DNA of 63,634 nucleotides, filler included, from Octopus bimaculoides (GCF_001194135.2; 4 parts of 3 records of this genome joined end to end with filler, not necessarily neighbours in it), one strand, 5' to 3'; counted from the first letter of the whole stretch, positions 10,370-23,345 are shown. Program-made: numbers and translations. Notes: generated from the sequence alone by a model not told the origin.

Positions 10370-12660
10370 TGTTCTTCCAGGCTGACCAGGCTGGAGAGCT
10401 GCACCAGGTTCCATTGTCTGCTTTGGCATAATTTTTATGGTTGAACACTCTTCCTAAAGCTAACCACTTCACAGAGTATATTGTGTACTTTTATGTGGCA
10501 CTAGCACCAGTGGAGTCGACAAGTAACTTGTGAGACGAAGACCTCTCAGCTGGGAGAGGGAGTGTAACCAGAAGATGTAGGTTTCTGCCAGTTGAGAGAT
10601 TAGAATATTAGAACAGAAGGAAAGAGATACTTGGCTGCCCCAGTAGGAAAAGACAGGAGAGATGGTGTTAGAGGTGCATCAGGAGCTACTCTCAGCTAGC
10701 AGTAGGGTGGGGAGTATAAGTGGTAGAGAAGGGATGTGTCCATAAGAGTGTGAGGGGTGAGATATTTAGAGGTGACTAACAAGTGATGGTGAGAGAAATT
10801 GGAGTGGCTGGTAGACATGTGAAGGTATGGCAAGTGTGTGGATAGGCACAGGAGGGAGAGAGGAGGGGGCCTTTAGTGGGTGGTGGAAAACTCATTAAAA
10901 GAAGGAAAAATGGTACTAAACAATATCAATTACAAAACAAAGCATTGTGAAATAAAGGAAATCAGTAGCTGTTTCCTTTTTATCATATAATAATATATAT
11001 ATGTGTATATATATATATCATCGTTGTCGTTTAACATTCACTTTCCATACTGACATGGGTTGGACGGTTTGTCTGAAAACTGGTAAACCAGGGGCTGCAC
11101 CAGGTTCCAATCTGATTTGGCAAGGTTTCTATGGCTGGATGCCCTTCATAATGTCAACCACTTTACACAGTGTAGTGGGTACTTTTTACATGCCACCAGC
11201 ACAGGTGCCATTGAACTGACACCAGCATTGGCTATGACTACAGTTTCACTTGACTTGACAGGTCAACGCAAGCACGGTATATTGCCAAGGGTCTTGGTCC
11301 CCTGTCACTGCTTCCATGAGGCCCAATACTCAAATGGTACTTTTTACATGCCACCGTCACAGATGCCAATCAGAAGGCACTGGCATCAGCCGCGGCTACA
11401 ATTTCACTCTGTTCAACAGGTCGTCACAAGCACAGCATATCGCCCAACGATTGAAGGATGTAGAGTATGTCACTGATTGAATTAATCACAGTATATTACT
11501 GGTACTTATCAACCTTAGAGGAATCCATGCCAGAGTCTCTCCAGAGAAAAAAAAAGCACTGAGGACAGCCGTGTGTGTGTGTATTTATATTTTTCATTCT
11601 CATTTATTTTGCCCTCTGTGTATATCTCCGGTATCAGTGGCAGTGGCTTTATCTCATGTCCAAGAATTTAGTTTTCTTCTTTGTTGAACGCTTCCTGTAT
11701 AGTGATGATGACTAAGTAGATCAATTCTTGCATAGAAGAGTCGATGGCATTGACTACATGGAAATATTGGTGGAGGTCAAGGTTGATTTTGTCGAGCCTT
11801 TCTCTCCTCTCATTTGATTTCTTCTTTTTCTCTTCTGGTCACTTCAAAACTTTTGGTTCTGATGGTAATGGAGCACTGCCACTTGGTATGGTCTTGGGTT
11901 TGTGTTTCAAATGATTTAGGCACAAGTCCAGTGACTTTCAGTGTTGTTTTGAGTTGGTCTTGTAATCTCACTGAATAAGTCTTGGTATGGGAACCATGGC
12001 TCTTCCATTCTTGCTACATATCCTGACCATCGAAGACAGTGTTTCTGTGTGGACTGAGATCCCCGTTGGCAGGCCCCTGATATTGAATAAAGTCTTGTGA
12101 GCTCACTGAATAAGTTTTCCCTGATATTGAATAAAGTGTTTACACCTATGGTATGCAAATTAGTAGCCCCAGTTCTCTGCAGCCACTGGAATTGATGAAA
12201 TTGATGTGGACACCTGATGAGAATCCAATAAGATTCCTAAATCAATTAAAGTCGTTCATTTTTTTTCAGTCTGCAGAGAAATAACTAAACTTGTCTTGTT
12301 TATATATCTACTGTATAGGTTACATCATCATTTAACGCCTACTGCCCATACTGGCACCAGACTCCAGTCTAATTTGGCATGGTTTCTATATCTGGATGCC
12401 CTTCCTAACATGCCAACCACTCCAAGAGTGTAATGGGTGCTTTTACATGCTAGTTGTGTGACACCAGCATCTGCCACAATTACGATTTCACTTGACTTGA
12501 GTCTTCTGCTCAAGCACAGCATATTGCCAAAGGTCTTGGTCATTTGTCATTGCCTCCATGAGGCCCAAACTCTCAAAAGTTGCTTTTTACATGCCACGAC
12601 TATGATTTCACTTGGCTTGACAGGTCTTCTCAAGTACAACATATTGCCAAACATTCACAA
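10370..12660 (-). mobile_element. Cluster of RTE remnants: 3' UTR copies (~10370-10560, 11027-11460, 12325-12660) and a BovB-like C-terminal fragment (~11700-12290)
   Basis: (ATC)n-TTTAAC..CATGGGTTGGACGG..GCTGGATGCCCTTCCTAAC motifs; LRWSGYVARMEE. Confidence 0.75.
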
Positions 12661-13384
12661 ACCATGCTTCATCACCTCGTTCCATGTCTTCCTGGGTTAT
12701 ATATATTATTATATTATGTTACTGTTGTGTAAACACTGCTCTGCATTTCTGTTATTTCTCTCACTTCCACTGTTCTATGTGCTTCTGCTAATTATTACGT
12801 AATAATCCCCTTATTGATGAATTAAATTAAGGTTAGGTATGACTGAGTTAAGTAATTCCATTTGTAACCATGTGGCTTTAGGGTTTCTCCAATTCTGCAT
12901 GACATTGTAAGCAAATGTCTTCTCTGGTTTTGGGTTGACCAATTTTTTTGTGAATGAAATTGGAAGACAAAAATTGTTTGGAAGCTCATCTTGTATGTGT
13001 GTGTTGAAACTGTTCACTTTAGTGTAAAACAATGCTGCCACATAGGTGTTGATGTCATTTAAGTCTGCCATGACAATGTTTGGCCATTGAGCGGTTCATT
13101 GTGCAAAAGATTCAGAGAGTAAGTACCTTACATGGAAACAAGTAAAATACTGCCTCAACACGTCTTATCTGATCTATGCCAGTAGAGAAACAGAAGATAT
13201 AAAAACAAAGATGATGACTTACAAGAACTTATATGAAAAACCTTATCAAAAAACAAAGGTACAAATGTAGCATTCAGCTTCTTGAAGAGTCTGCATAAAG
13301 TATTTCACCTTAATCTCCTTATTGCCAAAGAATTATGGCTCAGCAGCATCTTTTATAATTCACACACAGTTTACTTAAAATGTG

Positions 13385-13701
13385 CCACAGCCTAGCGGTT
13401 GAGGGTACCTGTGGAAGAGGTAGACCCAGGAAAACCTGGGATGAGGTGGTGAAGCATGACCTTCGAACATTAGGCCTCACCGAGGCAATGACTAGTGACC
13501 GAGACCTTTGGAAATATGCTGTGCATGAGAAGACCCGGCAAGACAAGTGAGACCATAACCCGTGGCCTTTACCAGGGGTGTAGCCAGCCCACTTATGCGT
13601 ACCTTTCCTTCTTTGGACACAAAACCCTGCTTGCGAAGACCTGTTGAGGCAAGTGCAATCAAAATCGAAATTGAACCAAATTCGATGACTGGCACCCATG
13701 C
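13385..13701 (+). mobile_element. RTE ORF C-terminus and start of the 3' UTR, running into a gap
   Basis: LAVEGTCGRGRPRKTWDEVVKHDLRTLGLTEAMTSDRDLWKYAVHEKTRQDK*. Confidence 0.85.
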
Positions 13702-14453
13702 NNNNNNNNNNNNNNNNNNNNNNNNNNNNNNNNNNNNNNNNNNNNNNNNNNNNNNNNNNNNNNNNNNNNNNNNNNNNNNNNNNNNNNNNNNNNNNNNNNN
13801 NNNNNNNNNNNNNNNNNNNNNNNNNNNNNNNNNNNNNNNNNNNNNNNNNNNNNNNNNNNNNNNNNNNNNNNNNNNNNNNNNNNNNNNNNNNNNNNNNNNN
13901 NNNNNNNNNNNNNNNNNNNNNNNNNNNNNNNNNNNNNNNNNNNNNNNNNNNNNNNNNNNNNNNNNNNNNNNNNNNNNNNNNNNNNNNNNNNNNNNNNNNN
14001 NNNNNNNNNNNNNNNNNNNNNNNNNNNNNNNNNNNNNNNNNNNNNNNNNNNNNNNNNNNNNNNNNNNNNNNNNNNNNNNNNNNNNNNNNNNNNNNNNNNN
14101 NNNNNNNNNNNNNNNNNNNNNNNNNNNNNNNNNNNNNNNNNNNNNNNNNNNNNNNNNNNNNNNNNNNNNNNNNNNNNNNNNNNNNNNNNNNNNNNNNNNN
14201 NNNNNNNNNNNNNNNNNNNNNNNNNNNNNNNNNNNNNNNNNNNNNNNNNNNNNNNNNNNNNNNNNNNNNNNNNNNNNNNNNNNNNNNNNNNNNNNNNNNN
14301 NNNNNNNNNNNNNNNNNNNNNNNNNNNNNNNNNNNNNNNNNNNNNNNNNNNNNNNNNNNNNNNNNNNNNNNNNNNNNNNNNNNNNNNNNNNNNNNNNNNN
14401 NNNNNNNNNNNNNNNNNNNNNNNNNNNNNNNNNNNNNNNNNNNNNNNNNNNNN

Positions 14454-14612
14454 GCTCCAGTCTAATTTGGCAGAGTTTCTACAGCTGGATGCCCTTCCTA
14501 ACGCCAACCACTCAGAGAGTGTAGTCGGTGCTTTTACGTGTCACCCGCACGAAAACGGCCACGCTCGAAATGGTGTCTTTTATGTGCCACCCGCACAAGC
14601 CAGTCCAGGGGC
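14454..14612 (-). mobile_element. RTE 3' UTR fragment emerging from the gap
   Basis: GCTCCAGTCTAATTTGGCA..GCTGGATGCCCTTCCTAACGCCAACC. Confidence 0.8.
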
Positions 14613-14659
14613 AGATTGTTCAAATTGCACATTCAGTATAGTAACTCTTTTTCATTTTC

Positions 14660-15730
14660 TTCATTGCCAATAAAATAACCGGTTTCAATCAGAAGTAATG
14701 TGTTGTCCTTGAATTCTTGATAAAAGAGGGGCTCCAGCTTTCTGATGTACACAAAAGTTTGAAAGTTGTTTATGAAGACGGTATTATTGAGAGGAGTAAT
14801 GTGTCCAGACGGATGATGAAGTTTCTAGAAGGGAGACCAACATTGAAGACAGCCTTACAGAGGGAGACCATCAAATGAGACTGCTGCTAGGAATCAACAG
14901 TGAATGGCTGAATTAATTCACAGACTGTCCATCTGTGAGTTTGCTACACAATTAGACTATAGTCTCACAATGAATTATGGAGGCTGGTGGAAAACATTGG
15001 GTCCTGGAAAGTGTGTGCCAAGCGGGTACGTTGGCAATTGATATCTGACTAAAAGCAGAGAAGGTTACAAGTCAGCTTTGATCTGCTGGAAGTGTTTGAA
15101 ACCAATGAAGACCTGTTTTTTGTTTTCTTATGTGGTGATGGATGAAATGTAGGCCTAACTGTATGATCTGGCAACAAAGGCTCAGTCCAAAGAATGGAGT
15201 CATACCTATTGTCTAAGACCTAAAAAATTTAAGAGCCAGTGATTAGTAGAGAAAATCATGGTGGCTGTTTTGAAGGATAGCAAGGATGACATTCACCTTG
15301 ATTTTCTGGAATGTGACTACACTATGGACACCTGGTGGTACATTGTGACATTCAGAAAGTTCAGAGAAGCCATTAAGAGGAAGAGATTGAACAAGAATCT
15401 AAAAATGATTTACATTTACAACAACAATGCATAATTACATGCATCCTTGACCAAAACTAAGGCCATTGGCAAATTGGGGGAGTTGTTGGTTCCCCTTCTA
15501 TCATACATCCCAGTCTGGGTGTCCTGTGACTTTCACCTGTTCAGTCCAGTGAAGAACAGTCTTGGTGACAATGATTTGATGTAGAGGAAGTGAAAGTTGC
15601 TGTGAAGAAGTGGATTCAACAGTGTAGACCGACATTTTTTCAAACAGGATTTGAAAGTTGATGGTCAGTGATGGTACACCTGTATTGGTTGTTTTGGAGA
15701 CTGTTGAATCGTTTTACCTTTGTATTTCAG
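14660..15730 (+). mobile_element. Highly degenerate mariner (DD34D) transposase
   Basis: Fragments KVCAKRV, PKKFKSQ..KIMVAV, CDFHLFSPVKNSLG in the expected order. Confidence 0.72.
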
Positions 15731-15925
15731 GAAGTGTTACTCTAACAACATATGTCATTCAAAAATATTTTGCCCCCTTTTGCAGTAAAACCTTCATATT
15801 TAATATTATGACAGACTCATATTGGTTTATATCCAGAAACAACAGCAACTTGCATTTTTCTTTCTTCCCTTAATTTTTCTGTTTTTATTCTTAAATTCAT
15901 ATTTTTGCATATCTGGTTGTTTCAG

Positions 15926-16011
15926 GTGGAAAACTTAACTGATACCAACTTAGTTTCTCTTCTCAAATATTTTGCTGAAATCATTAAAACTGGAAATCTA
16001 CAAAATAGCAA
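15926..16011 (+). CDS. FANCI: FANCI coding exon 4 (86 bp, phase 0 to 2)
   Basis: ggttgtttcag|GTG GAA...AGC AA|gtaggt; VENLTDTNLVSLLKYFAEIIKTGNLQNS (human [28 protein letters not shown]). Confidence 0.88.
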
Positions 16012-17341
16012 GTAGGTTTTTTTATGAATTTATTATGTGTTTATTAGATATCTATATTTGCATATTTATCCAACCCATGCCAGCATGGAAAACAGATGTT
16101 AAATGATGATGATGATTTCATTTCCACCACCACTACCATCATTACCACTGCTATCATCATTTTAGCAGCCACTTTTTTCTGCTTGCTTGAGTCAGATCAA
16201 ATAAGTTAAGGCAAGTTTTCTGTTATCAACCCTTGTTTCCAAGCAAGGTAATATTTACCCTTGGCCAGACGTGTTTTCCACAGAAAACTGGAAACAAACA
16301 TCACCACTTATATGATGTGAAGACACATACACTCTTCATCATTATCATCGTCATCATCATCATTTACCACTTGTTTTCATGCTGTAACTGGTTGGATGCT
16401 TTGACAGGGTGCGTCAAGCTCCTGAGTCAGTTTTGACTTCTCTGGTCTGATGCCCTTCCTAACGCCAACCATTTAACAATGTATTGGATGCTTTTTGTAT
16501 AGCACCAACACTGCTAGGGTCAACAACTTGCCTGATAGAAAAAAATAAGGAAAAGTGCCCACGACTAAGGAGGGGAAAGGAAGTGGCTAAAGAAAAACAT
16601 CTTCAGCCACTTTTTGAGGCCAAAGAGAGATGCTCAGTTTTGGTTGTCTCTGACCTGTTTTGTAGTTATTTTTAACTCTTGAACTGTGACATATATTTCA
16701 ATGTGAATTTATATAATCATACATATAATGTGTGTTAAGGTAGTGAAGAAAACAGACAGAGAAGAGAGAGAGAGATGTGAAGAGAATAGAGAGAGGAAAG
16801 GCAGAGAAACATGGATGGCAGTGCAGAGACTGAGAGAGAAGAAAGAGAATAAGAGAAAGGGAGTCAAGAAAAGGTGAGAGAAAGAGACAGAGCAAAAAAA
16901 GAAATTGGAAATGAGAGAGAGAGAGACGTAGATAAATTGGTGTATATTGAAGTGGTAAAATACACAGATCAATGAGAATGCAATTATAGATAAGATAAAT
17001 ATAAAAGGTGGATGCTTTCAGGGTAAGAGAAGAGATAAAGGAACAGTGAACGTAAAAGAGACTGAGAAAACAAAGTAAAAAAAATAAGAAACAGCTAAAT
17101 TGAGATATATATATATATATATATAGGTAAAACCTTGGCAAAATTGTTAATTATTAATTCTATTATTAATTGACGATTCCCTGCCCTTATTCTTGTATAT
17201 TTTANNNNNNNNNNNNNNNNNNNNNNNNNNNNNNNNNNNNNNNNNNNNNNNNNNNNNNNNNNNNNNNNNNNNNNNNNNNNNNNNNNNNNNNNNNNNNNNN
17301 NNNNNNNNNNNNNNNNNNNNNNNNNNNNNNNNNNNNNNNNT

Positions 17342-17720
17342 ATACGAGGCGATACCCAAAAGAAACAGGAATTTTGCAGTATTATTTTATTCACTTAGTT
17401 GTACATGTTTATTCTGCATTTGAAGCCAATGCCTTGGTCCAGACACGTTTTCCACTGCTTGAAGCCATGCTGGAACTCTTGCAAAGTGATGCCTTTTCAT
17501 GCCTCCATTGTTTTTTTTTTTGTTTTTGTTTTGTTTTGTTTTTTTCGCCTCTTCTACATCCATAAATTCTGTAGCCCCAGTTTTTATCACCAGTGATGAC
17601 CTTCAAAAAAAAAAAAAAACGTCCAGATCAACTTCCCATTGTTCACAACATGCATTTAGTCATGATTGCCTTTGATCATCTGTGACGCTGTTCTTTCGTT
17701 TTAACCATCGCAAAAATCGA
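17342..17720 (-). mobile_element. Internally deleted mariner
   Basis: TA-CGAGG terminus at 17342; VITGD motif and transposase 3' end. Confidence 0.65.
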
Positions 17721-18354
17721 CAAACAGGGGAAAAGCACTTATAAGCACTTTTTCCCCTCTTTTTTTTTACGTTTTGAGCCTACGTTCTTCGACAAAGGAT
17801 TAGGAGGGGGGAAAAAGATTAAGGAGAGATAGTGAAAAAAATATTTTAGGAATTAACAGTTCAACCTGATAGAAGGGAGGTAATTATGGTGACCCAGGAA
17901 AATAAATTTAGTCTCAGATGCATTTGTGTATGTGTGGGCGAGCTACTAAATATATGGGGACCTGTATGTGTGTGTGTAAGTGACCCAGTGCGTACATTAT
18001 GTGGATATGCGTTACATGTACTGGCATGCATGTGTGCAGTTATCATGTGAGTGTGCAAACGCATTGGCCTGGATGTGTGTATATGTGAACAAGTGACCTA
18101 GTGTATGTGTTGTGTGGAATGATGTGCATTTTGTGTATTTGTGTGTGCATATAGACGCGTATATATGTGCGAGGCTAATGTGTGTGTGTGTGTGTGAGAG
18201 ATCATGTAGTGTACATGTGTATAGTGATGTTTGTGGGCAAAAGTTATCTGTGTCTATGCATGTTGCATTTGTTTATGCATGTGTGTGTGTATATATTGTC
18301 TGTGTTCAGGCATTATATTTTTGTGTGGGAGTGTGCATGATGGCATGTGGTGTC

Positions 18355-21300
18355 ATCATCATCATCATTTAACGTCTGTTGTCCCTGCTGGCATGGGTTG
18401 GACGGTTTGACTGGGCTGGAAGGCTGCACCAGACTCCAGTCTGATTTGGTTTTCTATGGCTGAATGCCCTTCCTAACGCCAACAACTCCAAAAGTGTAAT
18501 GGGTGCTTTTATGTGCCACCGATATGGGTTCCATTTTCGTGACACTGGGGTGCGTTTATGTGCCACCAGCATGAGCACCAATTTGTGTGACACTGGTATC
18601 TGCCATGACATATTTTGCTCAGCATGATGGATTTTCTTCTCAAGCACAACATGGTGCCAAAGGTCTTGGTCATTGCCTCCATGTGGCCCAACACTCAAAA
18701 GGAACTCAGCCATTGTGCCTCCGTTGGGTCCAACACTTGAAGGACAATCAGCCACTTTGCTTCTGTGAGGCCCAACGCTCAAAAGATGTTCTATATGTGC
18801 CACCAGCACTGGTGCACTTGGCTTGACAGGTCTTCTCAAACACAGCACATCACCAGAGGTCTCGGTCACCAGTCATTGCCTCTGTGAGGCTCAAAGTTCA
18901 AAGATCATACTTCAGCACCCCATGCCATGTCTTCCAGGGTCTACCTCTACCACAGGTTTCCTCCACTGTTAGAGATCGGCACTTCTTCACACAGCTGTCC
19001 TCCATACACATCACATGACCACACCAGTGCAGTCGTCTCCCTTGCACAGCACATCTGATTCCTCTTATGCCTAACTTTTCTCTCAGGATGCTTACACTCT
19101 GTCGAACATGAACACTGACGTTGCACATCCAGCGAAGCATACTGGCTTCATTTCTTTGGTTTTTGCTAGGTTAACTCTAACACCCTTTGATTCCAGACCT
19201 TGCTTCTATACCTGACGCTTCTTCTCTAGTTCTAGTAGTAACTCAGCTATAAGAGCAAGGTCATCAGCATAGAAGAGCTCCCAGGGGCAGCTCATCTTAA
19301 ATTCCTCAGTTATCACCTGGAGGATTATGATGAACAAGAGGGAGGCTGAGCACCGATCCTTGGTGAACCCCTACTTGTACACTGAATTCTTTGCTGTACT
19401 CGTTGCCCACCCTCACCTTACTGGTAGCATCCCTGTACAAGGCTTGTACGGCTCTCACCAACTACTTGTCTTTTCCCACTTTCCGCATTGACCATCAGAT
19501 AAGGGATTGGGGGACCCTGTCAAAAGCTTTCTCCAAGTCAACAAAAGCCAAGTATAGAGGTTTATCTTTGGCTAGGTATTTCTCTTGCAGCTGCCTTACC
19601 AAAAATATATAGCATCAGTGGTGCTTCTACCTGGCACAAAACCAAACTGCATCTCATCTAGACTAACTCTCTCCCTAATTAACTGGGCTATGACTCTCAC
19701 CATAACTTCTGATCCAACTGATTGATACCTCTGTAATTATTTCTAAGGCATCACCTTTACCTTTGTAGCAGTTGACTATGGTGCTGCTATACCAATCATG
19801 GGGTATGACTCTTTCATGGACCACCTGATTTACAATACAGGTGACTAGACCATAACCAACACTGCCAAATATTTTAAGCATCTCAGTGGTGATTCCTGAT
19901 GGGCCAGGGGCTTTCCCTGTCTTCATATCCTTAACCCTTTTGTTACTAACCCGGCCGTAGCCAACTGAAAAAATTTTTTGTTCCTAAGACTTAGCCGCCC
20001 GAGCGTACCCATTGTTATTTAAATGTATATTTGAACCCAAATCTCGTTAGTACATTCGTTAAAACACTTAATTTCACTTTGCAAACAGTTGAGTTATTGT
20101 CTCTGACATTGTTTGGCGTGATATTTGAACTCAGTGAATTTTGGAAGATTTTTTTCCACATTTTTTGCGGCGTTAATTTTTTTCAACTTTGACGATAGAG
20201 AGGAGTTTCATGCTNNNNNNNNNNNNNNNNNNNNNNNNNNNNNNNNNNNNNNNNNNNNNNNNNNNNNNNNNNNNNNNNNNNNNNNNNNNNNNNNNNNNNN
20301 NNNNNNNNNNNNNNNNNNNNNNNNNNNNNNNNNNNNNNNNNNNNNNNNNNNNNNNNNNNNNNNNNNNNNNNNNNNNNNNNNNNNNNNNNNNNNNNNNNNN
20401 NNNNNNNNNNNNNNNNNNNNNNNNNNNNNNNNNNNNNNNNNNNNNNNNNNNNNNNNNNNNNNNNNNNNNNNNNNNNNNNNNNNNNNNNNNNNNNNNNNNN
20501 NNNNNNNNNNNNNNNNNNNNNNNNNNNNNNNNNNNNNNNNNNNNNNNNNNNNNNNNNNNNNNNNNNNNNNNNNNNNNNNNNNNNNNNNNNNNNNNNNNNN
20601 NNNNNNNNNNNNNNNNNNNNNNNNNNNNNNNNNNNNNNNNNNNNNNNNNNNNNNNNNNNNNNNNNNNNNNNNNNNNNNNNNNNNNNNNNNNNNNNNNNNN
20701 NNNNNNNNNNNNNNNNNNNNNNNNNNNNNNNNNNNNNNNNNNNNNNNNNNNNNNNNNNNNNNNNNNNNNNNNNNNNNNNNNNNNNNNNNNNNNNNNNNNN
20801 NNNNNNNNNNNNNNNNNNNNNNNNNNNNNNNNNNNNNNNNNNNNNNNNNNNNNNNNNNNNNNNNNNNNNNNNNNNNNNNNNNNNNNNNNNNNNNNNNNNN
20901 NNNNNNNNNNNNNNNNNNNNNNNNNNNNNNNNNNNNNNNNNNNNNNNNNNNNNNNNNNNNNNNNNNNNNNNNNNNNNNNNNNNNNNNNNNNNNNNNNNNN
21001 NNNNNNNNNNNNNNNNNNNNNNNNNNNNNNNNNNNNNNNNNNNNNNNNNNNNNNNNNNNNNNNNNNNNNNNNNNNNNNNNNNNNNNNNNNNNNNNNNNNN
21101 NNNNNNNNNNNNNNNNNNNNNNNNNNNNNNCCCCAGTACGTGGAGAACTTTGAGACAAAACTTATGCAATAGAATTGATTAAGAACCCTTTCTTTAATTA
21201 TGTTCCAAATATCACATTAATATGTTGATAAATAAAAAAGTTAGAGGTGTTTAATGAGACTAGTCTAAATTCATGATTATTTCAGAATTTAATTGAAACT

Positions 21301-21830
21301 CATGAGGGGTGTATTTTGGTCAGAAATATAGTAACGAAAGGGTTCATTGCCTTATCTACCAAGATACTGTTAATTCTGGTTGCTGGTCTCTCAATTGGGT
21401 CAACATTTAGCAGACTCTCCTCCTCCCATTCATTCTCCATGTTTAGCAATCTTTCATAATAGCATCTCCAAGCCTTTTTCTTTGCAGAATCATTAAAAGC
21501 AAGTGCACCATCATCCATTTCTCTCCTATGACATCGCAATTTTCTCTCACACACTCTCTCTTGCAATCCGAAATACTTCAGTTCTTTAGTCTTCATGATG
21601 TTAAACACAGGCAAACTTCTTTTCTGCTTCTTCCTTGGCTAGATATACTTGTCCCTTAGCTTCCCTTCTGGCTATCTGGTACAGTCCCCTGCACCTCCCA
21701 CCCCTCCCACTCTTCTAGGCCTGTTTCTTTGCTCTAATGGCCCTGTCTACAGTATTGTCCCACCATCACATTACCCTAGGTCTGGATGGGACTTTGCACC
21801 TGTCACAGATTTGGTCTGTGGCACTATATA
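18355..21830 (-). mobile_element. 5'-truncated, internally deleted RTE LINE split by a piggyBac-type insertion
   Basis: Post-EN region 21345-21830, DKAI|KDMKTGKAPGPSGIT across the insertion, RT motifs 19200-19930, LRWMCNV...GRGRPWKTW 18898-19140, 3' UTR and (GAT)n to ~18355. Confidence 0.85.
19935..21342. mobile_element. piggyBac-type non-autonomous element (mostly gap)
   Basis: TTAA-CCCTTTTGTTAC at 19931 and GTAACGAAAGGG-TTCA ending at 21346; inserted at a TTAA in the RTE ORF. Confidence 0.75.
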
Positions 21831-22424
21831 TGTGTGTGTGTGTGTATACTCTTTCTTTCCTCTTCCTTTCTCTTATTCTTTTACCTCCCCTTCTCCCTCT
21901 CTTTTTTTCTCTCATCCTATCTCCAAATCTTTTCCTCTCCCCTTCACAGTTCTCTGTCTGTCACTCTCTCTCCCTCACTCTTCCTCCTTTGCTCATGTGG
22001 CTCCCATGTGACCATCAGCCATTTTTCTTTCTTCTCCTAACTTGTGTTTCATTCTTTCTTCTTGTTGCAGCTCGAAAAGAAAGACATAGTCTTCTCTGTC
22101 TCTTGTTCAAGCTTGTTTTTTCACATTCGCCACCACAACCTTGTTTAGGCTTAGCAACCCTTCCTGCTTCTTTTCACTGTCCTGTTTTTGTCACTAATTT
22201 TGACCCTCTGCAAAATCCCAAATTTTATTTAATTTGCTTTGCAGGAGCAACTGTTTTATTGAAGGTGTATCTTGTCGTGAATTGCTCGAAATTGTGTTGT
22301 TTGTGTTGTTTTTCATTTGTTTCTTTCGTTGTTCGCAAAGTTCATGTTCCATGTCCTCGTACTTCGTATTTTTTGTTGTTTACATTTTGTGACGTCCTGT
22401 GCCCACATATATATATCATCATCA

Positions 22425-22540
22425 TCATCATCATCATCATCATCGTTTAACGTCCGCTTTCCATGCTAGCATGGGTTGGATGATTTGACTGAGGACTGGT
22501 GAAACCGGATGGCAACACCAGGCTCCAGTCTGATTTGGCA
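22425..22540 (-). mobile_element. RTE 3' terminus cut by the assembly join
   Basis: (ATC)n GTTTAACGTCCGCTTTCCATGCTAGCATGGGTTGG. Confidence 0.85.
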
Positions 22541-22640
22541 NNNNNNNNNNNNNNNNNNNNNNNNNNNNNNNNNNNNNNNNNNNNTTAATTAATTAANNNN
22601 NNNNNNNNNNNNNNNNNNNNNNNNNNNNNNNNNNNNNNNN
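22541..22640. other. Artificial scaffold-join spacer
   Basis: 44 N + TTAATTAATTAA (stops in all six frames) + 44 N = 100 bp. Confidence 0.92.
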
Positions 22641-22736
<96 letters not shown>

Positions 22737-23345
22737 CATGAATATATGTACGTATGCATGTATGTTGCGTACATGCTGAGATAGATAGATAGATAGATAG
22801 TGTGTGTGAGAGAAACAGACAGGAAGAGAGGTAGAAAGAGAGAGAGGGGGGTAGACAGACAGGCAGACATTTGGAGGATTCTAGAAAGACACAAGGAAAT
22901 ATAAATGATAAAGAAAGGCTCTTTATGCCAATACGCGTAAAGATAAACATTCAAAATTACTCAGAAGGCGTTAGTTAATAATTTGCGTGTGTATATATAT
23001 ATATACACATATACATACATATATANNNNNNNNNNNNNNNNNNNNNNNNNNNNNNNNNNNNNNNNNNNNNNNNNNNNNNNNNNNNNNNNNNNNNNNNNNN
23101 NNNNNNNNNNNNNNNNNNNNNNNNNNNNNNNNNNNNNNNNNNNNNNNNNNNNNNNNNNNNNNNNNNNNNNNNNNNNNNNNNNNNNNNNNNNNNNNNNNNN
23201 NNNNNNNNNNNNNNNNNNNNNNNNNNNNNNNNNNNNNNNNNNNNNNNNNNNNNNNNNNNNNNNNNNNNNNNNNNNNNNNNNNNNNNNNNNNNNNNNNNNN
23301 NNNNNNNNNNNNNNNNNNNNNNNNNNNNNNNNNNNNNNNNNNNNN

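Larger units (their letters stand above)
5567..16011 (+). other. FANCI: FANCI gene, partial locus (N-terminal four coding exons and introns); the 5' UTR part of the first seen exon is 5567-5598
   Basis: Spliced product MDAKVIALADERKTDELSNVLKEVDKNQ-VDKLLEDRIVKETSEPIALIKALLFG-YSLKEEDRAAKWLDIYLCCINCLQKKDQHSKVSEKVIDFLIWQ-VENLTDTNLVSLLKYFAEIIKTGNLQNS aligns by eye with human FANCI residues ~1-125; all introns are GT-AG with consistent phases. Confidence 0.9.

Noticed and set aside
12205-12262. CTGATGA followed by a GAATC/GATTC hairpin as a hammerhead
   Set aside because: No GAAA or helix III follows, and the opposite strand reads as a decayed RTE ORF.
22585-22596. TTAATTAATTAA as a homeodomain site, PacI site or piggyBac target
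   Set aside because: Always centred in exactly 44+44 N; an assembly linker.
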